From Carcharhinus amblyrhynchos (taxonomy: Eukaryota), in NCBI GenBank assembly GCA_965287045.1, contig OZ336885.1, forward strand, positions 64,542,001-64,606,000: a stretch of 64,000 nt of DNA, in the 5' to 3' direction. A program made the translations under genes and the position numbers. Positions 41,586 to 54,964 of the stretch are shown piece after piece. Numbering within the stretch: position 1 is the stretch's first letter; each line of letters begins with the position of its first letter. The notes under the pieces are model-generated. The model was not told where the DNA came from and did not search any database. It saw nothing but the letters and a program-made list of their open reading frames with translations.

Positions 41586-44329
41586 TTGCTCTCAAGCTGT
41601 GAGCTTTGACATAGGCTGGCTGACATAGCCTTTCGTGTCTAGTTCTTTGGATCTCGTCATTATAATCCTGATGACGCCCCAACTTTTCTCCGATAGGATT
41701 GTTTTGCCGGTTATAAAAACGTCATAATGAAAGCTGATTGGTTGCTCCTATTCCAATGTATATTTGATCTGACTGCTTAACGTCCTGTTGTCTTTGCAGC
41801 AACGCGACCTCGCCTCAGAATGCTATTGTTCTACGGTATGTACTCTATATCGCCTCATTTAACTCTCTAAGTTCGGAAAAAAATATATACCTTTTTAACA
41901 GACTATGCTATTTCAAACTCCAATGTTATTTTGCAAGCAATAAACTCACAACATTAATAAAGCATTAATAAAGTCACAGTTAATGTAACATGTGATTGTT
42001 TATCAGAATCAATGGCCAGGATTTAAGTTATTCAACACACTGCACGTTCAAATTGTTGTCCAATGATTTATTACAATGATCAAAGGAATGGTTCAGCGGA
42101 AAGTTCATGTATTGTTTCACAACATGGCGCTGAGGCGTGTCATGAAGAAGCTAAGTTAAATTTCTCGACTGCATCCGGATTCACGTGAACAGTCGACTGT
42201 AAACGTGTTCTACTGTCGGTACATATCCGACTGAGTTACGGCATGGTCAAATCTGAACAATTATTTTAAATGTTAAATTCATCTTAGGCAATACGTTTAT
42301 TGAAATATTAAGTCTTATGTGATTTATGTTTTCCGTCATCCGTTCATTCAGTCCGACATTTTTTTTTGTCATCCTTCTGGATCTCCGTACTTCCCTTAAT
42401 TGACGTGATTGGATTTCGACTGGTTTTTATGCTTGCTTTTAGTTATGCCTCCGTTTTGACGCAAGATTGCGTGACATCAATGATAATGCTGCCATCTTTG
42501 GATTTGACTGTAATTCGCTTTTCAACCCATTTCGTGGCAATTTTATGAGACTTGGAGTTAATCTTCTTCGCTGCCTGACATTTAACTGGGGTATCAGGGG
42601 CCGGCAACACCTCACTTCTTTCATAATAAAGTATCTGCTTTCTTTCCTTGGAGTTGTCTTTGCAAACAAAAACAAAGGTGGACAACAATATTTGAAGGGG
42701 TTATCAGCATCAGATGATTTTCGCTTATATTCACACCTCTTTAGGAAGGGTCTTCAAAAATGACTGCATTCATATATTCACCGCTGACTTTACGGATAGC
42801 TCCAAGGAACCTATGCCGGGCTTAAACGTAAAAATAATGCAGGATGGTGATTATCATCACTGAATTCAGACTCGTTGGGAACAAATTCAGAAGAATAACG
42901 GGCATACCTTAAAGAGGGTGAAGTGATACAATTGTGTCATTCATATTCTTTTCAAATCAGATGCATTAAAAATGACCCCCATATATTATCTCGTTGTTAG
43001 ACTTGAAATTACTGGATTAAAAAAAAACGTGTACAATAAATTGGCAGATCTATAAATAGACATTGGAGAGCTGGAAGCTTTGCGTTTTTTTTTCCTCCTT
43101 CCTGCTTCCTATTCAGATTAAATGTGCTGTTCCTTCAATGCTATGGACGTCAATTCAAAGAGCCGTTGTGCCATATAGTTTGATGAATTCATCCACTTGT
43201 ATGAGCAAGACAGATTAAGCAGCGATTTGTTGACTATCCATATCCCCTTTCGAAAGAGGCGACCAAATTACAATGCTGATTCCCTAGAGCCCATTGATTT
43301 TGCTGAACCCTAATAGTTCTTGTGTTGTTCGGAAGAGAGATCAAAAATTTATCGCAGCGAAATGCAGACAGAAGCACGACTCGATTGTGATTTTGTAAAT
43401 CTCTTGGAAGCCAAGTTGCGTCACCTGTGCCTCCCATGTATGAACTGTCCTCATCCCATCGATCATGGTGGCCCTAGGTTAGAAATGTTTTTTTGAGGAT
43501 CGCTATTAGTTCCTGTTGTGTATCTTCGAAATGATACATATTGCAGCTGCAGGGCGCTTATGAGGCAGGATATGAATATAAGCGGATTATGCAACAAACA
43601 GGCGAGATGCTTACTACAGAATGGTGAAAGTTGGTTGAGTGTTGTCTTACCGGCTGTTATCAAGGAAAGCTGAATGTTTTCGGCCCCACTTCCAATCGTC
43701 CTTTGCAGATCATTTGCATGCATTGGGCGACATGTGGAGGGTTGCTGTCGTAGAATATCTGCAACGTGCCCTGCTTTCGTAGCTACACTATTCACGTGGT
43801 TTGAATAGTGAATCTGCTGTCCCAATTCCGTGCTGGATACAGCGATGGCGCTGCGATGGTCGTCAAGGTCTATGTTTATTTCAGGTTATTTTGATCCGCA
43901 GTAAGCATTTACATGCAAATATCCTGATTTCTAGCGTTTTGAAAGGTCTCAGGTGCCTTATGAAATAAATCGCATGTTTGAGTGCAAAGACAAACAGAGT
44001 AATTTACCTCGCGAAATCCTGCAACTAACATGATTGACATTCATCACTGAAAAACAGCTTTATGCCCAAAGCTGAAACAGTCACATATTAAACGATTTGC
44101 CATCATTCCGATTGTCTTTCAACCTTTTTTTCTGAGATATCTTGATGACACACTAATAAAAGTGGTCCTGAATGTCAGAGGCAATCACGCTTTCTTTAAA
44201 TTTGGATCTTAGTTTGCCGACGATGTTTGATTGATATAGGTCATCAGGTCAGCCGTAGAGTCGACCTTGTCGAAATGAAAGTGAATGCCAACGAAAATAT
44301 CATTTTAAAACAAGAGCCGTTTTCTCGAC

Positions 44330-44950
44330 CAGTTGAAAGCGATTTCACTTACGTTACTGACATTCGATTGGAGGATTACTGGCAATGCTACGTTGGGTAT
44401 TATTGCATATTATTCTTCTCTTCGAACTCCAATTCGAGCCTCAGATGTTAGTAATGTATTAGCGAAGAGTTTGCATCTTCGTTGGACTTCAATTTGCCTT
44501 TGGAATTTCTGGTAACCAATGCGATGGTTAGATCAGTTTCCATCAACTTCATTGGTTGTTTGTGCAGTCTAATATAGGTCACAGCAGCAAAGGGTGAATT
44601 ATTTATTCCTGTTACTGTGATTTGTGTATTAGTTTTTTCGCTGTCGTAATACGATATTAACTCTTGGATTATAATGGAATTCAGATCTAATTGGCGCTGA
44701 AAATTTTGGATCACGAATACAGAGTATGTACCACGACACCGCCACTTCGCCACAATGCTGCAACAGCAAGCTAGGTGTGTTTGCAGTGCTCAGTATATCA
44801 GCGAAGCCAGAAACTAAACAGTCCACCGCATGTTTCCTACAAAATTAAGACAGACATCCTCATTGCAAGATGCCGTTCACACTGATCAGTCGCCCGTGGA
44901 CATCTGTCCCACAAAACGTCCCCAAATGCCTTGAGCACTGTTGGGACTTA
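44330..44950 (-). mobile_element. Probable Gypsy gag-protease remnant (block B copy)
   Basis: DCLVSG and IRLHKQPMKLMETDLTIALV; collinear with 26150-26770. Confidence 0.35.
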
Positions 44951-45533
44951 GGGCTGAATGCATCATTTAACTCGAATTGTGCTGCTGCAGCTTATATTTG
45001 TCCAGACAATGTCAAGCTTTGATGCACCAACAGACATTTTGATCTTCTCGAAGAAGTATGTGCTTTACACACCATTCGTGTCGAGGAAAATAAAGTGGAA
45101 TAATGTTCTTTTAAGGACTTGGACAGATAATAGCCCGAACGACTTTTTACGCCGAATAGGACGGATTTTTATGTTGTACCCTGATGTGATTCCCTCCTTT
45201 TCAATGTTGGCAAATTGCATGTACTTCTCTCAGAGTTCTTAAACGCTGAGTATGAACTTATAAACATCGTCCTCATGCAGACAGGTAAATCTAATCAAAC
45301 ATATGTTCTCTATTATTTTTATTCGAATCTACGTAAGTGTGTTGTGGTCTAATTATAAAAAAAACATGAATACACGTGCCTAGGGTGTGATGATGTCATC
45401 CGATGGGTCTAATCTATACTTGCGGCATTTTGTAACATCTGTCAACTCATAAGCGAAGCCAGGCTATAGATAATTACGTCTTGTGGCGGCAATATTGTCA
45501 CATCAAACGTCGAACTTTATTCCCTTGACTTAC

Positions 45534-45569
45534 TTGAATCCTTAATGTCTTTTTCGCATCCTTTCAGTT
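45534..45569 (-). CDS. 36-nt phase-1 micro-exon, (K)LKGCEKDIKDS
   Basis: atcatctttacattttgcag|AACTGAAAGGATGCGAAAAAGACATTAAGGATTCAA|gtaagt; phases 0 and 2 contain stops (TGA, TAA), only phase 1 is open. Confidence 0.85.
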
Positions 45570-46493
45570 CTGCAAAATGTAAAGATGATTTTATTTATTT
45601 TTTGTTGGATTGCATCCGAATTTCGATGAGTTACCTTTATCGTTAGTTAACACGGAAATGATTGGAACGCCATGCCAGCAGTAACACTATTCTGCTAAAT
45701 ATTCTGCAACATCTTTTGTTTACGTGAATGATGTTACCGCATTGCTGCTGAAAATTCAACGATAACAACATCTAACCAACGCAAATATCCAGATGCATTT
45801 ATATAGAATGAGTAGCATATGAAAGCGTTATCTGAAATGTAAATAAATTCTTAACAGCAAAATTAAACATTTGTTAGTTTTGCCATTTTGAATATAATGC
45901 AATGTCTTTTCCAATATCGCGTATCTTATAGTTAACAGTAATCCTTTTCTCTAGCGGCAATTATTGAGCAGATATTTTGAGGAAAAAAAAACGGTCTTCC
46001 CGTTCGAAAGATTAGTTATGGGCAGAAAAAACTCGGATCATGTGTAGAGAGCTATTGAAATTCGCAAGGCTGGAACCTTCCGATCGTCGCTGGAAATATG
46101 TTGCCTGCCAAATATGAAAAAAAAAGAATCATGCATTCGTTTCTCCGACGAGTTTCTTGATGTGCGCAGCAAACTGGAAACTTCAACTTGACTTTCTGAC
46201 AAACCGACAGCACGTTGCACGAGATCCTAACCACTCCTTGACGGCGCAAAAAGCCCGGGAACGCCCAGTGAAAGTCTGGTCCCAGAAGATAATGTTGCAG
46301 CCAATCCCATGCTTACAAAAAGTATGCATTTGTGAGTTTTTGCTATTTATCGTCAGTAGTTGGTGGCACTGTTGCTGCCTAAAAATAACTGATTTTTAAA
46401 AAGTATTGTATTAAACATTATATGCTTCAATATGTAAATATAAATCACGTGATCCCATCTTTTTGAAAGCGCGTTTTAGCATCATGGAGTCAT

Positions 46494-46619
46494 TGGCCGA
46501 ATTTTCTTTCCGTCCGCAAGAGAATTTTAGCTGGCAAGTGACGGACGTTCGAAAGGCTCCTTGAACTCCGGACGAATTTTCCGGTTTCAGGACGAAAGAG
46601 GCCAGACAATTCCGCCCAT
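46494..46619. mobile_element. Possible short MITE with imperfect terminal inverted repeats
   Basis: tggccgaattttct ... agacaattccgccca. Confidence 0.3.
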
Positions 46620-46679
46620 AAGATGGCAAGTGCAGAAGGTGTCCTTTCAGCCTGTCAATCCTGCACCGACAGCAATCCT

Positions 46680-46940
46680 ACCCAGGACCCACCGTCGTAA
46701 TGCCATGAATTCACTTTGCTAAACCACAAGAGACTAAAAGACAATTTAATATAGTCAATCGAACTAACATGCAAATCGTTGGACTGTGGGCAAAAAAATA
46801 GGAACACCCAAAGGAAAAAAAACACGCAGACCCGGCGAAAACGTGCAAACTCCACAAACTATTGAGTCAAGTCTGGAGTTGAGCCCTCTTTCCTGGACCT
46901 GTAAGGCAACAGTGCTAACTACTGCGCCTCAATGACACCC
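46680..46940 (-). mobile_element. HE1-like SINE
   Basis: acgtgcaaactccaca...gtaaggcaacagtgctaactactgcgcc. Confidence 0.8.
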
Positions 46941-47699
46941 TAAATCTGCATTGAATTATTGTGTAACTTTTTTTAAAGATGCGTTGCATGCGACTAAGTG
47001 TTAATTTACTGTTAACATCTTTTGACATGGTCAGGAATTCTTGAACCATGATTTGGATAACTGCACGGGATCAATAACAATGGAGTTTACGTTATGGGCT
47101 GTAAAATAAAATGCAATTTGTTTACATTATTTGTTTTCTCCTACACGCATGCGTTTATTTATAATTCTTGTGTTCAAATGCCCGTTTTGCTTAAATACAG
47201 CATTTGCATTTTGATATATATTTTAGTGGAAATAGGCACTAACAAAATTAGTGTTATACATAGCAAACTTTGAGATTATGTTAAAATTTGACGAAGGAGA
47301 AAAACATTCAAAGCTGCACTGACACGTTTAGTTACCTCGATTTTTTTAGTTTCTTGCAACCTTTACTTTTCTAGTATAATAATCCTATTATTTTTAAACA
47401 AACATTTGAGAGATAGATATGAGGAAGGACAAGATGTGGGGTGAAATTCTGTGGGGGATGCATCAGAGAGGGAGGGGATGTGGGAGGGGATGGTGCCAGG
47501 CGGGGCAAGGAGCCGAAGGGGATTAGGTAAGTCGTTGTGGGGGAGGGGGTGCTGGTGAAGGAAATGAAGAAGCAGGCGGAGGAGAGTGGATGGGGGATAT
47601 GAAGGAGAGCGGGATGGAAAACAGGGGATAGTGAAGGGTTTCGATTTTACGGGTAGATCGTCTCTTCTTTCTCTACACCATGCATCAAAATGGACAAGT

Positions 47700-47995
47700 T
47701 GGATGGCACGGCGACAAAATGATTTGCACTGTTTTTAGTACTGCTGCCTCACAGTGGCAAAGAATTCGGCCGGATTCTCTCCTTTGGTCACTGTCTGTGT
47801 GGAGTTTGCACGTTGTCCCCGCGTCAGTGTGGGTTTCCATTAGATGGCTCTGGTTCCTCCCACATTACAGTGATGTGCAAGTTCGGTGCATTGGCCATAC
47901 TATGTGGATCCGCACAGGTGGCAGAATGTGGCGTCTCGGAGATTCTCAGAGTAACTCCATTGCAGTGTGAATGTAAGCCTATCTGTTACTAATAC
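47700..47995 (+). mobile_element. HE1-like SINE
   Basis: ctgctgcctcacag...ctgtctgtgtggagtttgcacgtt...gtgtgggtttcc. Confidence 0.85.
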
Positions 47996-49649
47996 ATAAA
48001 CTGTTTTAAATCCTCACGTCTTTGTTACTTCAATTAATAATCAAGGGAAAAGAGAAATGTTCCATCGGCGCAGAAAATGACGCCAGGTATGCAAGCTGTG
48101 TTAGATTCTCTCATACCTAGTCCACGTCAGCTTAGAGACAATTTGCGTATGCCATCTTTTGGGACCTGACCTTCCAAAAGCATTTGCACGAGCCAAGTTG
48201 CTTGATGATCAGCAATGCATCAGGGAAACTCTTGAAATTTCGATAAACATTGGAAGAACAATTGCCATCTAAATCGGTCTACTTTCCTGAAGCGTTTGTG
48301 CAAACCGAGTTACATAAGGTTGGACGTTTCATCAGGGGTCCTCTTAAAACTGGGTTAATAGTTAATCCTATTTTATTGCAAATTCTAAATGCAGAAATTT
48401 GTCCCAGAAACTGAAATCCATTTCACAACTTGGCGGCAAACATTTTGAGGGGAGCATTTGTCATGACAAAGTTGCCAAGAAAATATTTCACTTTATGTGG
48501 TTTATTTATATGTTAAACAGCTTGTACGAAAGAAAAGACAAAAACATGTCTGTTGTCTGTGCGCGCTGCAGCTTGAGGGGTGGGGTGGGGTGGTGGGGGG
48601 GAGGGTGGGGTGGCGAAGCACAGTGAAAATATATATGGGCAGAACCTCGTTGAACAACTGCGCAAGATCGGACGTTTCAGACAATTACAGCTCAGCGCTT
48701 GACGAAAGACAGCGTTCCGAAACTCGGTCTGTGATTCAAATCTGAGCTCTGTGAGTTTTTGTGCGCACGTGCTTGGACTTCATTGACTGATGTCCCGCAG
48801 ACATGGGCATCGCTTAATCAACGTCACGTGGCATTTTAGGAACATGTTACAAGCCAATATTTTTCACATGTGCGAATATGAACATCTGGATTTTCAATAT
48901 TAACAACATATTGGATACAACTTAACGTGCTAGGCAAAATTAAAAAAAAACACAAGTAACAGTTGGATTATTAAAAAAAAGTTTTTTTTTCACCTCAGGA
49001 CGAAATGGAAGCTTCTGGATTGTAATTAATCAAGCAGTCGTAGCATATTAGTATGCAGCTTAGAGCAGATATAACAGGAAGTGAATGGAATGTGAAAGTT
49101 ATCACTGAAGGAATTTAATATGAAGGTAACGAAGTTTGTTGCAACAAACGAAGTGTCTCCTCTTTACCCAGGGTCAACATAACTGGAATGAAAGGTTAAA
49201 CATTAATTTTGCCCCCTCACCAATCCACATTTCGCTGGGTGCAAACCGACATTACAGGCCAATTGCCGCTTTTACAGGAGCCTTCAAAATATCGTGTTTC
49301 AAACTAGTTGTAAACGCAGAGACCATGTTAGAAATTATAAATATTTCGCATGCTTCATTCAGCAGCTCTTTCTGACCCCGTGACTATCTGCGTCACGTAG
49401 AGGTGGAAAAAAAATTGCAGAAACTAGACAAATTTGCTCAACTTTCTTGGCCATTCTTTGTCTTTGTTTTAATAAACAAAGAACAACGAATCAGTTTAAT
49501 TGCCAATGCTGCAAAGTCATTAGCATCCAAAACAGTCCCTTTCGAAAGCTGATCTCATGAATTTAACAATGCTTAATTCCGACGCACAGCCCGTGTCATC
49601 TCTGCGTGTGTGTCTCACACAATATGATTGACAGCATTCTTATAAGTCC

Positions 49650-50570
49650 TAAGACGTTAACTGAGGTTGACTGGCCATGCTATGTTGACCCTAATGTCAG
49701 GGGATTACATTATAAACGCGTGTTGTTGTGGTTGTGGGATCTGGGTGGCATTGTGGTCACTACAGACTGGATGGGCCGAATGATCTCCTCCTGTACTGCA
49801 TCGATTGTATGATTGTATGAGTCTTTGGCTAAGAGAATAGATTAGACCAATAAATGAGCGGCAGAAAAATAGCGTACAGATAGAACAGTTATTAAATACA
49901 GCGCATGCATTTTGAAATCTAGATAAATGAATAGATTACAAAAGTAAGCTAGTGCTGATGGAACTAAAAACACTACAGGCGCACTTGTAGTTTTGAGTAC
50001 AGTTTTGGTCAGTTATAAGAGGACAGATGCAGTGGCATTGTAGGCAGTTTAAAGGAAATTCGCCAATTTGATTGCAGAGATGGCTTATTGCCATCTAAAG
50101 GCAGATTGATCAGTTTGGACCTGTATTCGCCAGAATTTAGAAGAATGAGAGGGGGAATCAAATTGAGGTATAGAAGATGATAAAAAGCAAAAAAAAAACT
50201 TGGACGGATCTTCCTTTTGTGAGACATTGTAGGCCGAGATGTTATCGTCTTGGAATAAGGGATAGCAAATTTAAATATATTTGAGGAGATATCCAACTGA
50301 GCATTTGTGCGTGACGGAACATTACAGCAGGATGCCAACGAGGATTGTGCCGAATGGTAAGAGTCGTGAATAACAACTTCGCCAAAAGCGTTGTGAATCT
50401 GTGAAATTCGCTACCCAAAGAGTGATGAATGCTGAGGCAGTGGAGTTACACATATTTTTATTCTTTAACAAAAGGTTTTGAAAGGTTATGGCGAGAAAAC
50501 AGAAAAGTGGGAATGAAGGGCCTTTTCATCCATGAACGAACGACAGATGTATTAGGTGGGTTGACATACC
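49650..50570 (+). mobile_element. SINE 3' remnant (~49650-49820) followed by a very old CR1 3' fragment
   Basis: gatgggccgaatgatctcctcctgtactg; gaatttagaagaatgagaggg; gttgtgaatctgtgaaattc. Confidence 0.65.
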
Positions 50571-51409
50571 TAATTCTCTCGGAAATCTTTCGTTGTTGTG
50601 AAAAATGTCAAATGACATTAATTAGTTAAGAACACTAACTGAAAAACGTCGATACCCATGTGATAAGCAGTGAGGATTCACATCACGCAGATCGTTAAGG
50701 CTGCATGATCGAGACGGAAACACCCTCTTTCCGTACATTTACGTTTCCAATGGGGAGAGTCAGCGAAAAGAGGAAATTAGATTATACAAGACAGAGACTC
50801 ATACAACTTCATTAGCTATGGATTCCCCGCCCTGCTACCGCTCAGAAAGCGCTCATTCATGCACTTACGTCATATCCGAACTGATGATAACACATTTCAA
50901 AAGGCATGTTTATGTTTTCCTGATAGAACATTTCGCTCAAAACCTACACAGTGTTTTTGATGGACCATTCATCCCATTGGCTGACAACAATTTCTGGCTT
51001 GTGTGCCTTCCAACTTGTACTCAATTGCAGAAACATAATGGCATCCCTCGTCCTCACTTTCAACCAAAATCCTGTGCATTAAAATGACTATTTTCCACCA
51101 ATTTCGTCATCTGCCAACCCTGAACACACATTCCCCAGACGATACTTACCATTCGGCAGCAATCCTCGTTGGCATCCTTTTGTAATGTTCCATCACGCAC
51201 AAATGCTCAGCCCCTTGCCATGACACTTTTCCTTCCAACATCAATAAGTGCGGCACCAACCCCTTCAATTACCCCATCGTCATCGTGCAGGAGAAACACT
51301 GTTACACGTCCTTTAATTTTGATTGTTGTGTTCCATGTTCCCAATGAAATCTCCACCGTATTCGATAATCAGTGTTTCACTGATGATGTTGATGATGACA
51401 TTTTCCATA

Positions 51410-54400
51410 GTCGGAAATAACCATCTGGTTCACTCACGTCCTTTAGGGCAAACCATCTGCCATGCTTACCTGGCCTGGCCTAATTGTGACTTCAGAGCAA
51501 CAGTAAGCTTGCTGAATCTCAATGGCCCTCAGAAATGGCCTGGCAACCATTCAGTTGTATCATTCGCTAACAAGTATCAACAAAAAAAAACCGGATGGAA
51601 CGACTAACATCAGCCTGGGCACCATAAAAGAAAACAGCAAATAATCATCCCCGACAACTCTGCAAAGAACGTCTTTTTAACATCTGGGGGCTAGTATCAA
51701 CATTAGGGAGCTGACTCACGTATTAGGCAAACAACAGCCTGTTATTATCATTCTCATGAAATCGTATCTTACAGATAACATCACAGACAGCAACGTACCA
51801 AGATTTGTTTTGACCCAGCAGCAGCACTGACCCAGCAAATGTGTTCATATTGTGGTGTATAGTCAGGAGCGATTTGCCCAAGGAGTCCTTAACATTGAAT
51901 CTGGAAGCCGTGAAGTCTCGTTTGAGGATTAATATTGCCAAGGAAACCCGTTGCTGTTTACTATGTACAGTCTTTCTTCGGCTGATTAATAAATAGTCCA
52001 TGTTGAACAACACTTGGAGGAAGCACTGAGAATGGGAAGGGCGCAAAATGCGCTCTTAGTGGGGCATTAATTGCCCACTACCAAGAGTGGCACGGCAGCA
52101 GCACAACTCATCGGGCTGGCCAAAATCATAGAACTGATACTTTGGGTCTGCAGCAGTTGGTTGAGGATCCAACAAGAGGGAAATAAAACATACTTGAACT
52201 CAGCCTTACCAATCTGCCGGCTGCAGATGCACCTGCCCATGACAGTATCGGTCACAATGACCATCACACATTCTTCTGGAGACGAAGTCCTGCCTTCACA
52301 TTGGGAATTACCTCTAAATGTTGTGTGGCACTATCACCATTATAAATGGAACTGACTTCGAACTGATCTAGCAACCCAAGAATGAATATCCAAGATGGGC
52401 TGTGGGTCATCAGCAGCAGCGGAACTACACTCCAACAAATCATGGTATGGCATATCCCTGACTCAACCATTGCTATCAAGCCAGGGGATAAACCCTATTC
52501 AATGGAGAGTGGAGGGGGGCATGTGAGGAGCAGCAGCAGGCCTAACTAAAATGAAGCGTTATACTGGTAGCTACCAAACACAAATACGTGCATGCCAAAT
52601 GGCAAAAAAAGAACAAGTAATAAACAGAGTTAAGCGATCCCACAACGAACGTGTCGGATAGAAGATCTGCAGTTCTTGAACGTCCAGTCGTGAATGTTGG
52701 TGAACAATTAAACAATTCGTTGGAGGAGGAGGCACCACAAGTATCCGTGCTCTCAATGATGGAGGAGACCAGCACGACAGTGCAAATGATAAGGCTGAAT
52801 ATTAGCAGCAATCCTCAGCCAGAAATGCAAGGTATATAATCCATCTCGGCCTCCTGAAATGGTCCTCAACATCTCAGATGTCAGTCGCAAGTCAATCCGA
52901 TTCGCTCCACGTGATATCAAGAAATGGTTGCAGGTACTGAATGCTATGAAGGCAATAGGCGCTGATAACACTCTGACAACAAGACTGAAGACTTGTGCTC
53001 CAGTACTTGCTGCTCCACTAGCCAAGTTTTTCCAGCATAGTTACAGAACTGGCTTCTGTCCGACAACGTGGCAAATTGTCCAAATATGTCCTGTGCACAA
53101 AACGGAGGACAAATCTAACACTGCCAATCAGTCTATCCTTGATCATCTGTAAAGTGATGGAAGAGATCACTGAGAGTGCTATCAAACAACACCTGTTCAG
53201 TGTTGCACAGTTTATGTTTTGGCAGAGTCACTTAGGCCCTGACCTCATCACAGTTTGGTTGAAACGTGGAAGAATCAGCTGAATTCCAGAGATTAGGTGA
53301 GAGTGACCGGCCTTAACATTAGGACGCATTTCATCACGTATGGTTTCAAGAATCCCGAACCAAATTGGAGTGAATGAGTAAATGAAGAGAAACACTCCGC
53401 TGGTTAGATAAATATCTGATACATGGGCAGAATGGTACAGTTGTGGAGGGTCAGTCGTTCCTGATCCAGGGCACCTCTGCAGGAAACCCTCAGGGTCGTG
53501 TCCTAGACACTAAAAATCTTCAGCTATTTCATCAAAGACTTCCCCCGCCATAAGGTCGGAGGTGAGGATGTTAGCCAAAAAATTGCACAATGTTCAGCAC
53601 CATTCGCGACTCCTCAGACACCGAAGCAGTCCTATTTTTGAGGCAAAAAGGTAAGGACGATATCGAGGCTTGTTCTGACAAGTGGCAGGTAACATTACTG
53701 CCGCACAAATGACAGGCAGTGACCATCATCAATAAGAGACACTCTAACGGCAACCACTTGACCTCCAATGGTGTTATCATCACTGATTCCTCCATTGTCA
53801 ACATGCTTGTCGTTATCGATGATCAGAAGCTCAACTGATCTCACCAAATAAACACAGTGGCTACAAAAGCAGGTTAAAGGCTGATAATTTTGTGGCGAGT
53901 AATTCCCCTCCTGAACCAAAACTTTACCACCATCTACAAGGCACAACCCAAGAAGGTTATGGCACACTGCATACTCGCATGAATGGGTGCAGCTCCAGCA
54001 TAACTCAAGAAACTTGACACCACCCAGGAAAAAGCAACTCACTTGATTGGCGCCACATCACAGGAATCCATTCCCTCCACCACCGACGCTCAGCAGCAGC
54101 AGTGTCTACTGTCTACAAGATGCACTGCAGAAATTCCCAAAGTTCCTGGGACGCCACCTTCCAAATCCACGACCACTTCCATCTAGAATGGGAGTAGTAG
54201 CGCATACCTGGGGTCAACATCGTCTGCGGTTACCCTCCAAGCCACTCACCATCTTGTCTTATAATATATCGCCATTCCTTCACAGTCAAAGTCCTGCAGT
54301 TTTCTCGCCAATGGCACTGTGGGTCAAACAGCAGCCCATGGATTGCAGGGATTCAAGATGACAGCTCGCCACAACCTTCTCAATTGCGTATAGGTATGTA

Positions 54401-54452
54401 CAATAAATGCTGACCTGCCAGCGACGTCCATGTCCCGCAAATGAATTCTTAA
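51410..54452 (+). mobile_element. Long decayed CR1/L2-type LINE (endonuclease + RT + 3' end)
   Basis: KAIGADN...LKTCAPVLAAPLAKFFQHSY; ends aataaatgctgacc...gaattcttaaaaa; interrupts the A/C homology. Confidence 0.85.
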
Positions 54453-54964
54453 AAACCTACAACGTAGAGACTAAATATGGCTTACTATTTGTTGATTCAT
54501 TCAGCAAGTGAATGATAACTATTTCGTTTTCCAAGCAATCTAAACACGTGTCCTTCTTATATCATGCCGTTTCTGTTTCTTCCCTGTGGCAACTGCTGCA
54601 GTGAAGCTCAGTTCAAATTCGAGGACAAAAATGTTTTTTTTTCACGTCATCTTGGTGTCTCAGCCCATTAAAATCAATACACATTAATGAAATTTTTATT
54701 GAGGCATTTTCTCCTCCAATGTAATAATGCGCTTTCATTTACATTCAATAAAATGCAGTATGCACTCCGCCAGTGTCCCTATGAAGCAGGCTCTCACTTC
54801 CCCATACGTTTACCTTTCAAGAGACTTGCCTTCGTTCTTCTATCAACATTTTGTGAACGCGATATACAAAGGACAAATTGCTGCACCCAGGCCCAACTGT
54901 TTCAACACATGTCATGCAGCAGCACATCGAGGTTAATTTACGCCCCAGTTAAATATGTACCTTG

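Larger units (their letters stand above)
35340..48950. repeat. Ancient paralogous block B, collinear with ~16150-33600 of block A
   Basis: Same order: 27-nt exon unit, Rex fragment, CR1 fragment, LINE fragment, Gypsy-like remnant, 36-nt exon; e.g. ttgagcactgtgccg...gcataccgttca at ~20238 and ~38819. Confidence 0.85.

Noticed and set aside
42443-42530. Resemblance of KRITVKSKDGSII to type III intermediate filament tails
   Set aside because: No IF rod exons or LLEGE motif in the window; the micro-exon layout does not match IF genes.
42467-42763. DINDNAAIF cadherin-like motif in a plus-strand ORF
   Set aside because: No other cadherin motifs (DRE, AxDxG) and not conserved in the block A paralog; probably chance.
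49168-49182. 15-nt AG/GT candidate exon (MLTL)
   Set aside because: No paralog seen in other blocks and it would break the heptad register; cannot be fully excluded.
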